IMG/VR virus record: IMGVR_UViG_3300046794_000505
Coordinates: 1 to 64,000 of that record
DNA: 64,000 nucleotides
Reading direction: 5' to 3' (one strand)
Origin: a virus
Shown: positions 1 through 7,522 of the stretch, piece by piece
Position numbering within the stretch: position 1 is the first letter of the stretch
Layout: each line of letters opens with the position of its first letter
Position numbers and translations under genes: made by a program
Notes under the pieces: model-generated
What the model was told of the DNA's origin: nothing
The model's database searches: none
The model's input: only the letters and a program-made list of their open reading frames with translations

Positions 1-932
1 ACGTGACCAACGAAGTCGACGCCGCGATCCACGGGTTGCAGGATGGTCTTCGTCGGGTTCAACTTGGCGCCAAGGCTCGGCAGGAATGCTTCGACCTCAG
101 CCTTCCAAGCGTTGAGCTGTTGCGGAGACTCATGCAGGAACACGAAGTCGTCGACGTAGCGGATGTAATGCTTGGCGCCGAGCTGGTGCTTCGCGAACTG
201 GTCCAGCGCGTTCAGGTACACGTTGGCGAAGAACTGCGACGACAGGTTACCGATCGGCAGGCCAAGGTGCGCCGGCTGCGCGGTGAGGCGCTTGTGCTGC
301 GGTACCCGGTTGAACAAATGGGCCGGGCTGCGCACCTCGTAATTCTCGCGAGGGTCGTGCATCAGGATCTGTTCGGCGAGTGCCAACCACCATGGCTCGG
401 TGATCTTCGTGGCCAACTGTCGGCGCAGCACCTCTTTGTCGATCGCGACGAAGAAGTTGGCCAAGTCCAGCTTCAAATAGAAGACCGGCTTCGACCAGTT
501 CTGACTGGCGCTGCGAATCTTCGCCTCAAGGCGCTTTGCGGCGTACAGCGTGCCGCGACCGGGAATGCAGGCGCAACTGTCCGCTATGAAGCTGGCGTAG
601 AAGCGCGGGGCCACACGGTTGTACAGCAGGTGGTGGACGACGCGGTCCCGGAAGGCTGCGGCCCAAACCTCGCGGGCTTTCGGCCGAGTGACCACGAAGC
701 ATATCGATCGGCCTGGCCGGTAGGTGCCGGCGAGCAGGTCGTCGTGTAGACCGATCAGGTTCTTTTCCAGGTCCATTTCGAAAGCCAGCGCGCTGGCGCT
801 GTTGCGCTTCGAGCGCCGGCAGTCGTAGTAGGCCTGGACCAGATCGCTGAACGGGTAGGGACCAACATTCGAATCTGCGGACGGGGCGGACGCGGAGCTC
901 GTTGTACTTGTCGTCGCTGACCTGATAGCCAT
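1..932 (-). CDS. DGR reverse transcriptase (3' end runs off the window)
   Basis: Hand translation of the minus strand (absent from the ORF track because there is no stop in the window): ...FSDLVQAYYDCRRSKR...KAREVWAAAFRDRVVHH...LKLDLANFF...GLPIGNLSSQFFANVYL...YIRYVDDF...GVDFVGH. The GLPIGNLSSQ and YVDD motifs are typical of DGR RTs. First in-frame ATG is at 932-930, inside the TR. Confidence 0.96.
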   Translation of the reverse strand, partial: MAIRSATTSTTSSASAPSADSNVGPYPFSDLVQAYYDCRRSKRNSASALAFEMDLEKNLIGLHDDLLAGTYRPGRSICFVVTRPKAREVWAAAFRDRVVHHLLYNRVAPRFYASFIADSCACIPGRGTLYAAKRLEAKIRSASQNWSKPVFYLKLDLANFFVAIDKEVLRRQLATKITEPWWLALAEQILMHDPRENYEVRSPAHLFNRVPQHKRLTAQPAHLGLPIGNLSSQFFANVYLNALDQFAKHQLGAKHYIRYVDDFVFLHESPQQLNAWKAEVEAFLPSLGAKLNPTKTILQPVDRGVDFVGH

Positions 933-975
933 CAGCGAAGTTCATGTTGAATGCGTTGTTGGCGGAGCGCTGCGA
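872..975 (-). repeat. DGR template repeat (TR)
   Basis: About 104-bp copy of the 3' ends of both target genes, AAC-rich (tcg cag cgc tcc gcc aac aac gca ttc aac atg aac...). Differs from VR2 only at adenines. Lies between avd and RT. Confidence 0.95.
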
Positions 976-1146
976 CCTATCGTGCTATCTACGTCGCCAA
1001 GCCGAAGGCAGAGCCGATCAGCAAGGAAACTGCGCGAGACCAGCACGGACGCTTTAGACCGTCGGTATCTCTGATGCGCATGGCGGTGACCCAGAGGTCA
1101 GCGGCACGACCAGATTCAATTCGCACAGACCTGAAAGCCGTGACTC

Positions 1147-1503
1147 TCAGGTGGCGGGCGCGGTTGGGGTGGAGCGTTTCCAGGCATTGGCCTGCTTGCC
1201 GATTGAGGTGGTGACCTCGATCGCGGTGGCGTGCTGCCCGACACTGATGAACCGACTTTCCTTGAAAAGCCGCATCAGGAACTCGATCACCTGGACCTTC
1301 TCAACCAGCAAGGTCAGATGTGGGTGCTTGTCCCGGGTCGAGTTAGCCCGGGCAATCAACATCAGCACGTCGATGCACTCGTCGATGACGCGCTTCCCGA
1401 GAGACTGCTTGAGATCTCGAGGAATGTTGCGGGTGAGGTTCGTGGACATCTGAAGCAGGCCCAGCGAAGCCTTATAGATCGATAGTTCTGTGTGCATTCC
1501 CAT
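1147..1503 (-). CDS. avd: DGR accessory variability determinant (Avd, four-helix bundle)
   Basis: 118-aa basic helical protein (HTELSIYK...IPRDLKQSLGKRV...IGKQANAWKR) directly upstream of TR/RT. Confidence 0.9.
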   Translation of the reverse strand: MGMHTELSIYKASLGLLQMSTNLTRNIPRDLKQSLGKRVIDECIDVLMLIARANSTRDKHPHLTLLVEKVQVIEFLMRLFKESRFISVGQHATAIEVTTSIGKQANAWKRSTPTAPAT

Positions 1504-1525
1504 TGCAGTGAATCTCCATGAATAG

Positions 1526-1550
1526 CAACCGGCCGCAAGCGACCGGATTG
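1526..1550 (-). other. Hairpin downstream of VR1 (candidate DGR target-recognition stem-loop)
   Basis: Minus strand ccggtcgc-tt-gcggccgg, about 15 nt after the target-1 stop codon. Confidence 0.55.
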
Positions 1551-1560
1551 AATAAATGAA

Positions 1561-2181
1561 TCAATCGAATAATTGGCTGCGGACGGGGCGGACGCGGAGC
1601 TCGACGCACTTGACGCTGAGGCTCTGAAGGCCATCATCGAAGTACATGAAGAATGCGTTGTCGGCGGAGCGCTGCGAACTCGACCAGTACCAGGTGTCTC
1701 GGAAGGCTTCAGCACCACCTTCTTGGAAGGCTTCCAGAGTGGTCTGGGTTGGCGATTTATCGCTGTACAGTAGGCCTACCGGCTCGCTGTTCGGGTTGTC
1801 ACCATCGCGCCAGCCTGCCCAGTTCGTTTCGGTGATCGGCTTGAAGTGGCGATACTGCAGCTCTTGTACGTCGCGCGCCGGGATTGCCCAGTCGCTGAAT
1901 CCGCCGATCACCAAGGCCAGAGTCTTCTGTGCCAGTTCGCTACCAGCAGCGGCCATTGCCTCGGTGTTGCCGCGACTATCAGTGAGGCTATCGGCGCCCT
2001 CGATCTTCACTCCGTACTCGCCGTAGGCACCGGTCAGTTCGTGCGCGGCGCCGGCGGTGATGTTCAGGTAGCGCTTTCCCGTGTCCGGGTCGCGGGTGAT
2101 GCCAGAGAAGAAGCCGCCACCGTAGGGCTGGCCAATTTCAGGGATTGTCATTGCTGGCGCTGCTTTCTCTACTGCGGACAT
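1561..2181 (-). CDS. DGR target protein 1 (DUF1566/CLec-like C-terminus)
   Basis: IGQPYGGGFFSG...DWAIPARDVQEL...YWSSSQRSA...ELRVRPVR. The C-terminus is VR1. GAGG RBS precedes ATG 2181. Confidence 0.9.
   Translation of the reverse strand: MSAVEKAAPAMTIPEIGQPYGGGFFSGITRDPDTGKRYLNITAGAAHELTGAYGEYGVKIEGADSLTDSRGNTEAMAAAGSELAQKTLALVIGGFSDWAIPARDVQELQYRHFKPITETNWAGWRDGDNPNSEPVGLLYSDKSPTQTTLEAFQEGGAEAFRDTWYWSSSQRSADNAFFMYFDDGLQSLSVKCVELRVRPVRSQLFD
1577..1677 (-). repeat. DGR variable repeat VR1
   Basis: Aligns ungapped to TR with 11 mismatches at TR adenines and 6 at non-A positions confined to the TR core. Confidence 0.9.
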
Positions 2182-2257
2182 GGTCTTTCCTCTTTTCGAA
2201 GGCAACAAAAAGGCGCTGCTGTGCCCGGTGCCGGATCAAGAATGGATGAATGAAGGA

Positions 2258-2857
2258 TTAAATAAACAATCTGCGGACGGGGCGGACGCGGAGCTCGTAG
2301 TACTTGCCGTCGCTGACCTGATAGCCATCAGCGAAGTGCATGTAGAATGCGCCGTTGGCGGAGCGCTGCGCACTCGTCCAGTACGCCCCTGTGGTGATCA
2401 GGCCGTTGACCCACACCTGGTGCATATCGGCAGGTGAACCCAAGAAGAAGTCATGGTGACCGTCGGAGGTGTACTTGGCGGCAGCATTGGCGGCAGGATG
2501 ATCACCTTCCGTGAGAAGGATCTCGGTGTTCCTCATGCCGTCCCATTTACTGGTGGCGCCTGACTCGGTTCCGCGACCGCCCCACGCGTGCTCACCGACG
2601 TCTTCAGTGGCGAGGATGAGGTAGTGCGCAGGGATATTGCCGCGAGCCGGAACCGGACCACCGTTGATGCCGCCTTGGCCCGGCCAGTACTCGCCGAGCG
2701 CCGGGATGGAGTAGGGCGCAATCGGTTGCACGTTGGCCGCAGGTGGCAACACCTGAGCAAACACGCTGGCCATGGCCAGTTGCGCGAGGGCAGCTGCTGG
2801 CATCTTGATGGTGGACTGCCCATGCTTAAGGGTGATCATTTCAGATTTCAATTTCAT
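2258..2857 (-). CDS. DGR target protein 2 (DUF1566/CLec-like C-terminus)
   Basis: LGEYWPGQGGINGG...YWTSAQRSA...ELRVRPVRR. The C-terminus is VR2. GGAG RBS precedes ATG 2857. Confidence 0.9.
   Translation of the reverse strand: MKLKSEMITLKHGQSTIKMPAAALAQLAMASVFAQVLPPAANVQPIAPYSIPALGEYWPGQGGINGGPVPARGNIPAHYLILATEDVGEHAWGGRGTESGATSKWDGMRNTEILLTEGDHPAANAAAKYTSDGHHDFFLGSPADMHQVWVNGLITTGAYWTSAQRSANGAFYMHFADGYQVSDGKYYELRVRPVRRLFI
2268..2370 (-). repeat. DGR variable repeat VR2
   Basis: Six mismatches to TR, all at TR adenines (AAC>GGC, AAC>TAC, AAC>CAC, GAC>GGC, AAC>TAC). Confidence 0.95.
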
Positions 2858-2903
2858 GCCATAACTCCCTGAGTAATTAATCGCGTTTTGTGTGTGCTGA
2901 TGC

Positions 2904-2932
2904 ATTATTCAGTAGTTACGACATTAAAGCAA
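2904..2932 (-). promoter_or_regulatory. sigma70-like promoter for the DGR operon
   Basis: TTGCTT-17-AATAAT about 45 nt upstream of target 2. Confidence 0.55.
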
Positions 2933-3098
2933 GATGGCTGACTGCTCATGCTGTCGACCAACCGGCGCCTTCACGGCAATCCAAAACTCTCCCTAGGTGA
3001 GGGCCTTCAGGAAGATGAGGTGATGCGTGATATTTTCAGTCATGGCCGCATGATGCGGTCAAAACGGACAGTCAATCGTGGAAATGGTATGAGATAGG

Positions 3099-5768
3099 CT
3101 AGGACTGCGATCTGCCCACTTCGCACCATACGCCCGTATAAATCTGACGCAGCACTAGCACCGAGTGCGATGAGGTAGGCGTGAAGCTAGCGCCTCCGTT
3201 TAAAAAGATAGTTGAGGCATTGTGTTGGATCGTCGTATTAGTATTACTGAAAGTGACTGTCAGCAATTGCCCGATTCGACCACCTAGAATGGCGGTAACA
3301 GTCACCGCACTTGCCTGGTTAAAGTTCAGGATATCGGCTGAAGCCAGTCCGGTTGTCGAGCCCAGTCCTATGGATGGCGTACCTCCTAAGGTGGCGTAAG
3401 AGATTCGTCGGATATTCCGCTCCCAAAGACCCATAACGGCGCCCGCATCAGGCCCGGCATTGTTACTAAAATTCTGGTCAAAATGAGAGTCTTCGAGATG
3501 GATACGGTTCTGCGCCGTATAGCCCCCCGTATAGTTAAATCCGTAACCAGAGGCCGCACCGTACGTCGACACGGTTCGGAAATAGGGGCGGCGCACGTGT
3601 AGATCTACAGCACTGGCAGCGTTAAAGAAATAGCCGCTGTTAGAGGTATTATGCAAACACATATCGAATTCGATGCCTGCGCCATCATTGACGTACACGT
3701 CGAATTGATTCGTGGATCCGTCCGCTATCTTGCCATTGTTCGTAAAATAATTATTGACGAACTTACAATTTCTAGGCAGATCATTCCCGCCTGCTGAGTT
3801 CACGTGGACCGCGTTATACCGGGCCTGCTCAACTTGGAATCCGATGAATTGGGTATTATAGACACCAGCTCCTAGCGTCACACCATGATCACTTGAATAA
3901 CTCACCTGCCCGCCGATAAACACTAGTGGTCCAAATGTGCCCTGGGTCACGCCATTGCGACCCAGGTAGATCCCGTTAGCTTTATAGACGTCCAGATTGG
4001 TGACGACCCACATATTGATCTGGCCGCCGCTCGTATCACTATGCAGGTACAGCCCCTTGCCGGTCCAGGTTCCATCGGATGGGTCGTCACCGCGAATCTG
4101 GACGTTATCGACGCGCACACCCCAATCGTTCTCGCTGTTCCACCCATAACCAGCGCCGTTGCGCTGCCGGATGAACATGTTATTCAGGCTAACCAGCTCT
4201 GTGCAATCCTGCGTGTGCAGCACGCTGGCCGAGGTTGTCGCCCCTACCAGGTTTACCCGCTCAAGGGTGACGCACATGGCCGTACCGCCAGGAGACGACA
4301 CACTAAAGACCCCCAAGATTCCCAGCAAAGTACCGGTAGATCCTGCCGCATGCACCAAGGCCGAGCCTTGGGGCTCCTGCGCTCCGGTCGCAATGCCGGC
4401 TGCATTCCCCATAATATGAATACGACCTGGTTTTGCAGCATACCCTGGGTTTAAAGTTGCGTCGTAGTAGCCGTAAAGGTCTCCAGTACGGTATTTCGCT
4501 CCAGCTTTAAGGCGGATAGATCGCCCTGCAATTGAGGCAAAATTGAGCATGTTCTGAAGTGCAACGGTATTTAAGGTTCCAGTACCTGTGGTGTAATTGT
4601 AATCACCGACTGCTCCAAAATCCTCTGGTGACAAAGGCATATCAAGCAATTTTCCCAGAAAGCTGCGGGCAACCGCCCCCGTTCCAGATTGGATAAATCC
4701 AAGAAAAGCACTTGTGACAAATGTTGCTATATTAGCGAGTGTCGTTTGCAGAAGCCCGACACCGCGGCTGGCCGGCAACGATTCCGAGCCAGTCAGCGTC
4801 CCTACATCTGGCGCAGTGTTCAATCCTTGCAGAAATGCCGCAAGAACGCGAGACCCACTGAAGTACAGATTAGTGGCCCCCTCGGTTACCGCATCCGTAG
4901 ACCCTGGCGAAGCAATGATCGGTGCATAGGCCGATCCAGCCCAGCGGAACTGAGAACTGGTTACGCCGCCAGATGTGTAAGGAGTGTCAGTGACGTAAAT
5001 CTTGCCTGACTCGCCGGTCACCGGCAGGGATGCGAAATCGGCGAACTCCAGGACGTCGTCAACATAGGACGGCAGCTGCGAAGACGGCACGACCCCGCCG
5101 ACCAAGCTGGCGATTGATACGCCGACGGCCGTCGGTTGAACTGCGGTGTCAGCCTTTACGCCTTGGGCCGCCGTGGCAGCGCCAATGTCGGATGGGGCGG
5201 ACGGGATAGAAGGCTTGCTCAACAGATCGCTGTAGGAACCGGAGGTGGCAACTATAGCTAGAGCGCCAGGCTGTACAGCTGTGTCGGCCTTGGCACCCTG
5301 CGCAGCTGTCGCGGCTCCGATATCAGATGGAACCGAAGGGATCGCCGGTTTATTCGACAAATCGACATAGGAACCAGACGTCGCGACGACGGATAGGTCG
5401 CTTGGCTGAACCGCGGAATCTGCCTTACTCCCCTGCGCCGCAGTAGCCTTCCCATCCAGCGCCGATTGCAACCCGGACACAGTATCAATCGCCTGCGTCC
5501 CGGTATGGTTCGAGCGCGCCCGAAGAAACACATCTGTCGAGTTAGCTGTCGCGCCGATCTCGATTGTGGCTAGTTTCTCATTGATGGCGGTCAGGTCTTG
5601 GATAGGACCCGGCGGCCCACGCAGCTGACTCTCGATCGTCCTGATGCCGAAGCCCTGAATGGATGAGGCGTCCACCGTCTGGATGGTGAACTTCAGGTTT
5701 GTGCCGGCCAGGAGCATTTCACCCGTTGCAGTGATAGTGCCCAGGCGACTGACCGTAGCAATGATCAT
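3099..5768 (-). CDS. Tailspike / depolymerase-like receptor-binding protein
   Basis: N-terminal (DIGA)ATAAQGxKADxAVQP repeats, tailspike junction motif QSGTGAVARS...SPEDFGAVGD, then an Asn/Gly-rich beta-helix-like body. Confidence 0.75.
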   Translation of the reverse strand: MIIATVSRLGTITATGEMLLAGTNLKFTIQTVDASSIQGFGIRTIESQLRGPPGPIQDLTAINEKLATIEIGATANSTDVFLRARSNHTGTQAIDTVSGLQSALDGKATAAQGSKADSAVQPSDLSVVATSGSYVDLSNKPAIPSVPSDIGAATAAQGAKADTAVQPGALAIVATSGSYSDLLSKPSIPSAPSDIGAATAAQGVKADTAVQPTAVGVSIASLVGGVVPSSQLPSYVDDVLEFADFASLPVTGESGKIYVTDTPYTSGGVTSSQFRWAGSAYAPIIASPGSTDAVTEGATNLYFSGSRVLAAFLQGLNTAPDVGTLTGSESLPASRGVGLLQTTLANIATFVTSAFLGFIQSGTGAVARSFLGKLLDMPLSPEDFGAVGDYNYTTGTGTLNTVALQNMLNFASIAGRSIRLKAGAKYRTGDLYGYYDATLNPGYAAKPGRIHIMGNAAGIATGAQEPQGSALVHAAGSTGTLLGILGVFSVSSPGGTAMCVTLERVNLVGATTSASVLHTQDCTELVSLNNMFIRQRNGAGYGWNSENDWGVRVDNVQIRGDDPSDGTWTGKGLYLHSDTSGGQINMWVVTNLDVYKANGIYLGRNGVTQGTFGPLVFIGGQVSYSSDHGVTLGAGVYNTQFIGFQVEQARYNAVHVNSAGGNDLPRNCKFVNNYFTNNGKIADGSTNQFDVYVNDGAGIEFDMCLHNTSNSGYFFNAASAVDLHVRRPYFRTVSTYGAASGYGFNYTGGYTAQNRIHLEDSHFDQNFSNNAGPDAGAVMGLWERNIRRISYATLGGTPSIGLGSTTGLASADILNFNQASAVTVTAILGGRIGQLLTVTFSNTNTTIQHNASTIFLNGGASFTPTSSHSVLVLRQIYTGVWCEVGRSQS

Positions 5769-6076
5769 GGAGCCACCCCTGGCGGGGTTACGGGCTTGAT
5801 CACCTGAATTTCTTCAGACGCAGTAGTGGTCACCTGATCGGAATCGGTAGTGTATCGGATGTCGAAGTAATATGTCCCTTGGGGCCACAACGTCGAATCA
5901 CCTTTCAGCAAGATTTTCCCGCCGGCGCGATCCGTGTATTCAATGACCAGTTCAGCGATGACTCCTGAGCTATTCCCTACGCACGAGCGAATAGACCACA
6001 GCGTCAAGTCTTGTGAATGCCCGTCCACGGTAATATGTAGTGGCAGGAGAAAGCTGTCGCCTTGTTTGATGATCAT
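5765..6076 (-). CDS. Virion accessory protein (BppU N-terminal-like adaptor)
   Basis: IKQGDSF...DLT...GTYYFDIRYT pattern; coupled to the tailspike; late motif upstream. Confidence 0.55.
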   Translation of the reverse strand: MIIKQGDSFLLPLHITVDGHSQDLTLWSIRSCVGNSSGVIAELVIEYTDRAGGKILLKGDSTLWPQGTYYFDIRYTTDSDQVTTTASEEIQVIKPVTPPGVAP

Positions 6077-6110
6077 CGGTTCTGGCCCGCGAAACTGAAT
6101 GCTATGGGCG

Positions 6111-6126
6111 CATCATGCCGTCACGA
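6111..6126 (-). promoter_or_regulatory. Putative late promoter (TCGTGAC-N2-YANNNT)
   Basis: TCGTGAC GG CATGAT upstream of the 6076/tailspike operon. Confidence 0.65.
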
Positions 6127-6137
6127 TTTGCGGGCAT

Positions 6138-6161
6138 AAAAACCCGCACATGGCGGGTTTT
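6138..6161. terminator. Intrinsic terminator (possibly bidirectional)
   Basis: aaaaacccgc-acatg-gcgggtttt. Confidence 0.7.
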
Positions 6162-6375
6162 AGATTCAGGTTTGTTTTTTTGGCGGGACAGTCGCTGCCA
6201 AATCAGTTAATGCCCCGATGAATAAGCGCCAGACCCAATGGAAAGGCCGATCAGCCTCGCAGTGATATCTTGGGCGCGAACCTTGATTCCAATAACAGGA
6301 TTCTGGCCTGATCGGCAGATTCAGCACCCAAGAAAGCATCAAAATAAATAGGGTCATTTCAAAATCCTTGGCTTT

Positions 6376-6402
6376 AAAAAACCCGGGCTGTTTAGGCCCG
6401 GG
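6376..6402 (-). terminator. Intrinsic terminator ending the tRNA cluster
   Basis: Minus strand cccgggc-ctaaaca-gcccggg-tttttt. Confidence 0.75.
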
Positions 6403-6440
6403 CAAGCCTGAGTTTGCTGCATGACGGGGATACCACCATA

Positions 6441-6549
6441 TCTCCATCGGGAACCTGACTCGGAGGGATTCGAACCCTCGTCTGTACATGACAGCCAGTT
6501 GCTACTGGACTTTAAACCGCTCAGCCACGAGACAGGTTCCCGATGGAGA
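6441..6549 (-). ncRNA. tRNA-like (class II, Ser/Leu-type) element inside a 17-bp stem; non-canonical anticodon arm, no CCA
   Basis: D arm tggctgagcggtttaaag, shortened anticodon arm ccagt-agca-actgg, variable arm ctgt-catgt-acag, T arm gaggg-ttcgaat-ccctc. Flanked by perfect inverted repeat 6441-6457/6533-6549. Confidence 0.65.
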
Positions 6550-6676
6550 CTTTCCGCATCTGCGGGCTGACTACCTTCCCAGTTATTCCTGGCGGGTCTG
6601 TCGGTCAGTATCACCGAAGATTTGAGCGTCGTACGACGAATCGTAGAGAGGCTTATCGGTTTTGGCGCTGGTTGTA

Positions 6677-6752
6677 TGGCGACGAGGCAAGGACTCGAAC
6701 CTTGATCGCACGGCTTTGGAGGCCGGCATGCTGCCAATTGCACCACCTGGTC
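6677..6752 (-). tRNA. tRNA-Trp(CCA)
   Basis: Cloverleaf with anticodon arm cggc-ctCCAaa-gccg, T arm caagg-ttcgagt-ccttg, encoded 3' CCA. Confidence 0.9.
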
Positions 6753-6759
6753 AGGGTAT

Positions 6760-7038
6760 TCAAATGCGATTCAGCGCAGCTTTCAAATTAGATCCAGCGT
6801 CGAACTTCGGAATCTTGGCCGCCGCGATCTGAAGCGGATTGCCATTCTGCGGATTGCGACCAACACGGGCTACGCGATCAGTGGACCGGAAGGTACCGAA
6901 GCCGATCAACCGTACTTCTTGGCCGTCAGCCAGTGCGATCTGCACCGTTTCGAGAAGAGAGTTAATCACGTCGCGGGCCACCACTTTACTGACGGCTGAG
7001 CCGCGGGCGACTTCGTCGATGAGCTCTTGTTTGTTCAT
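6760..7038 (-). CDS. HU-family DNA-binding protein
   Basis: MNKQELIDEVA...VRLIGFGTF...ARVGRNPQNG...PKF. Confidence 0.95.
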   Translation of the reverse strand: MNKQELIDEVARGSAVSKVVARDVINSLLETVQIALADGQEVRLIGFGTFRSTDRVARVGRNPQNGNPLQIAAAKIPKFDAGSNLKAALNRI

Positions 7039-7065
7039 TTGATACCATCCGTTTTGGTTGAATTT

Positions 7066-7193
7066 TGGTGCAGATGGCTGGCGCTGAACTCCAGCATTCG
7101 TAACGTTCTAGTGGCTGATCGCTCTATCCACGTTCCGCTATGTACTGGATTTAAAATCCAGCTCTTGCGTATCAGTCTACGCATTTATCTGCA
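7066..7193 (-). ncRNA. tRNA-like structured RNA ending in CCA
   Basis: Closing stem tgcagat/atctgca followed by CCA; arms tgcgta-gactga-tacgca, ctggat-tttaa-atccag, a long variable arm, and gctgg-agttcagcg-ccagc. Confidence 0.6.
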
Positions 7194-7286
7194 TCGGTAA
7201 CCGCTCCAATCCCGCTGACGCCTTGAGCCAATCGTTTTACGGTGGCCTGTACTTGCGGTTTTGTGCGCTGAGCGGTTACCGATGCA
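7190..7286 (-). repeat. 17-bp perfect inverted repeat (CATCGG stem module)
   Basis: tgcatcggtaaccgctc (7190-7206) / gagcggttaccgatgca (7270-7286). Confidence 0.85.
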
Positions 7287-7407
7287 ACCTCTTTCGAGGT
7301 AATCGGGATACAGAAGACCTTGAGCTATTCAACCACTACCGGGCAAGGGCCCCTGGTCCGTGATGACCGGACTCAAGTTCGTCTACTCGACGCAGCGCTC
7401 TCTCTTT

Positions 7408-7522
7408 CTGCATCGGAGTTTGATCTGTGACTACTGCTGACGTCTGCTTGCGGCTACCGGTGCCACCCGGAAATTTGTGCGCTCGGTCACAGCGTTTTCA
7501 TTCAGATCAAACTCCGATGCAG
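7408..7522 (-). repeat. 20-bp perfect inverted repeat (CATCGG stem module)
   Basis: ctgcatcggagtttgatctg (7408-7427) / cagatcaaactccgatgcag (7503-7522). Confidence 0.85.

Noticed and set aside
3-749. 248-aa plus-strand ORF
   Set aside because: Antisense shadow of the DGR RT.
1-932. RT as group II intron, retron or Abi RT
   Set aside because: SQ-type motif plus avd, TR and A-specific VR differences define a DGR.
526-945. 139-aa ORF starting with a VR-like peptide (possible third target)
   Set aside because: It is the TR read in the target frame, running out of frame into RT; no target N-terminal domain.
6166-6357. Small ORF between two terminators
   Set aside because: Possible, but no promoter or homology evidence; not called.
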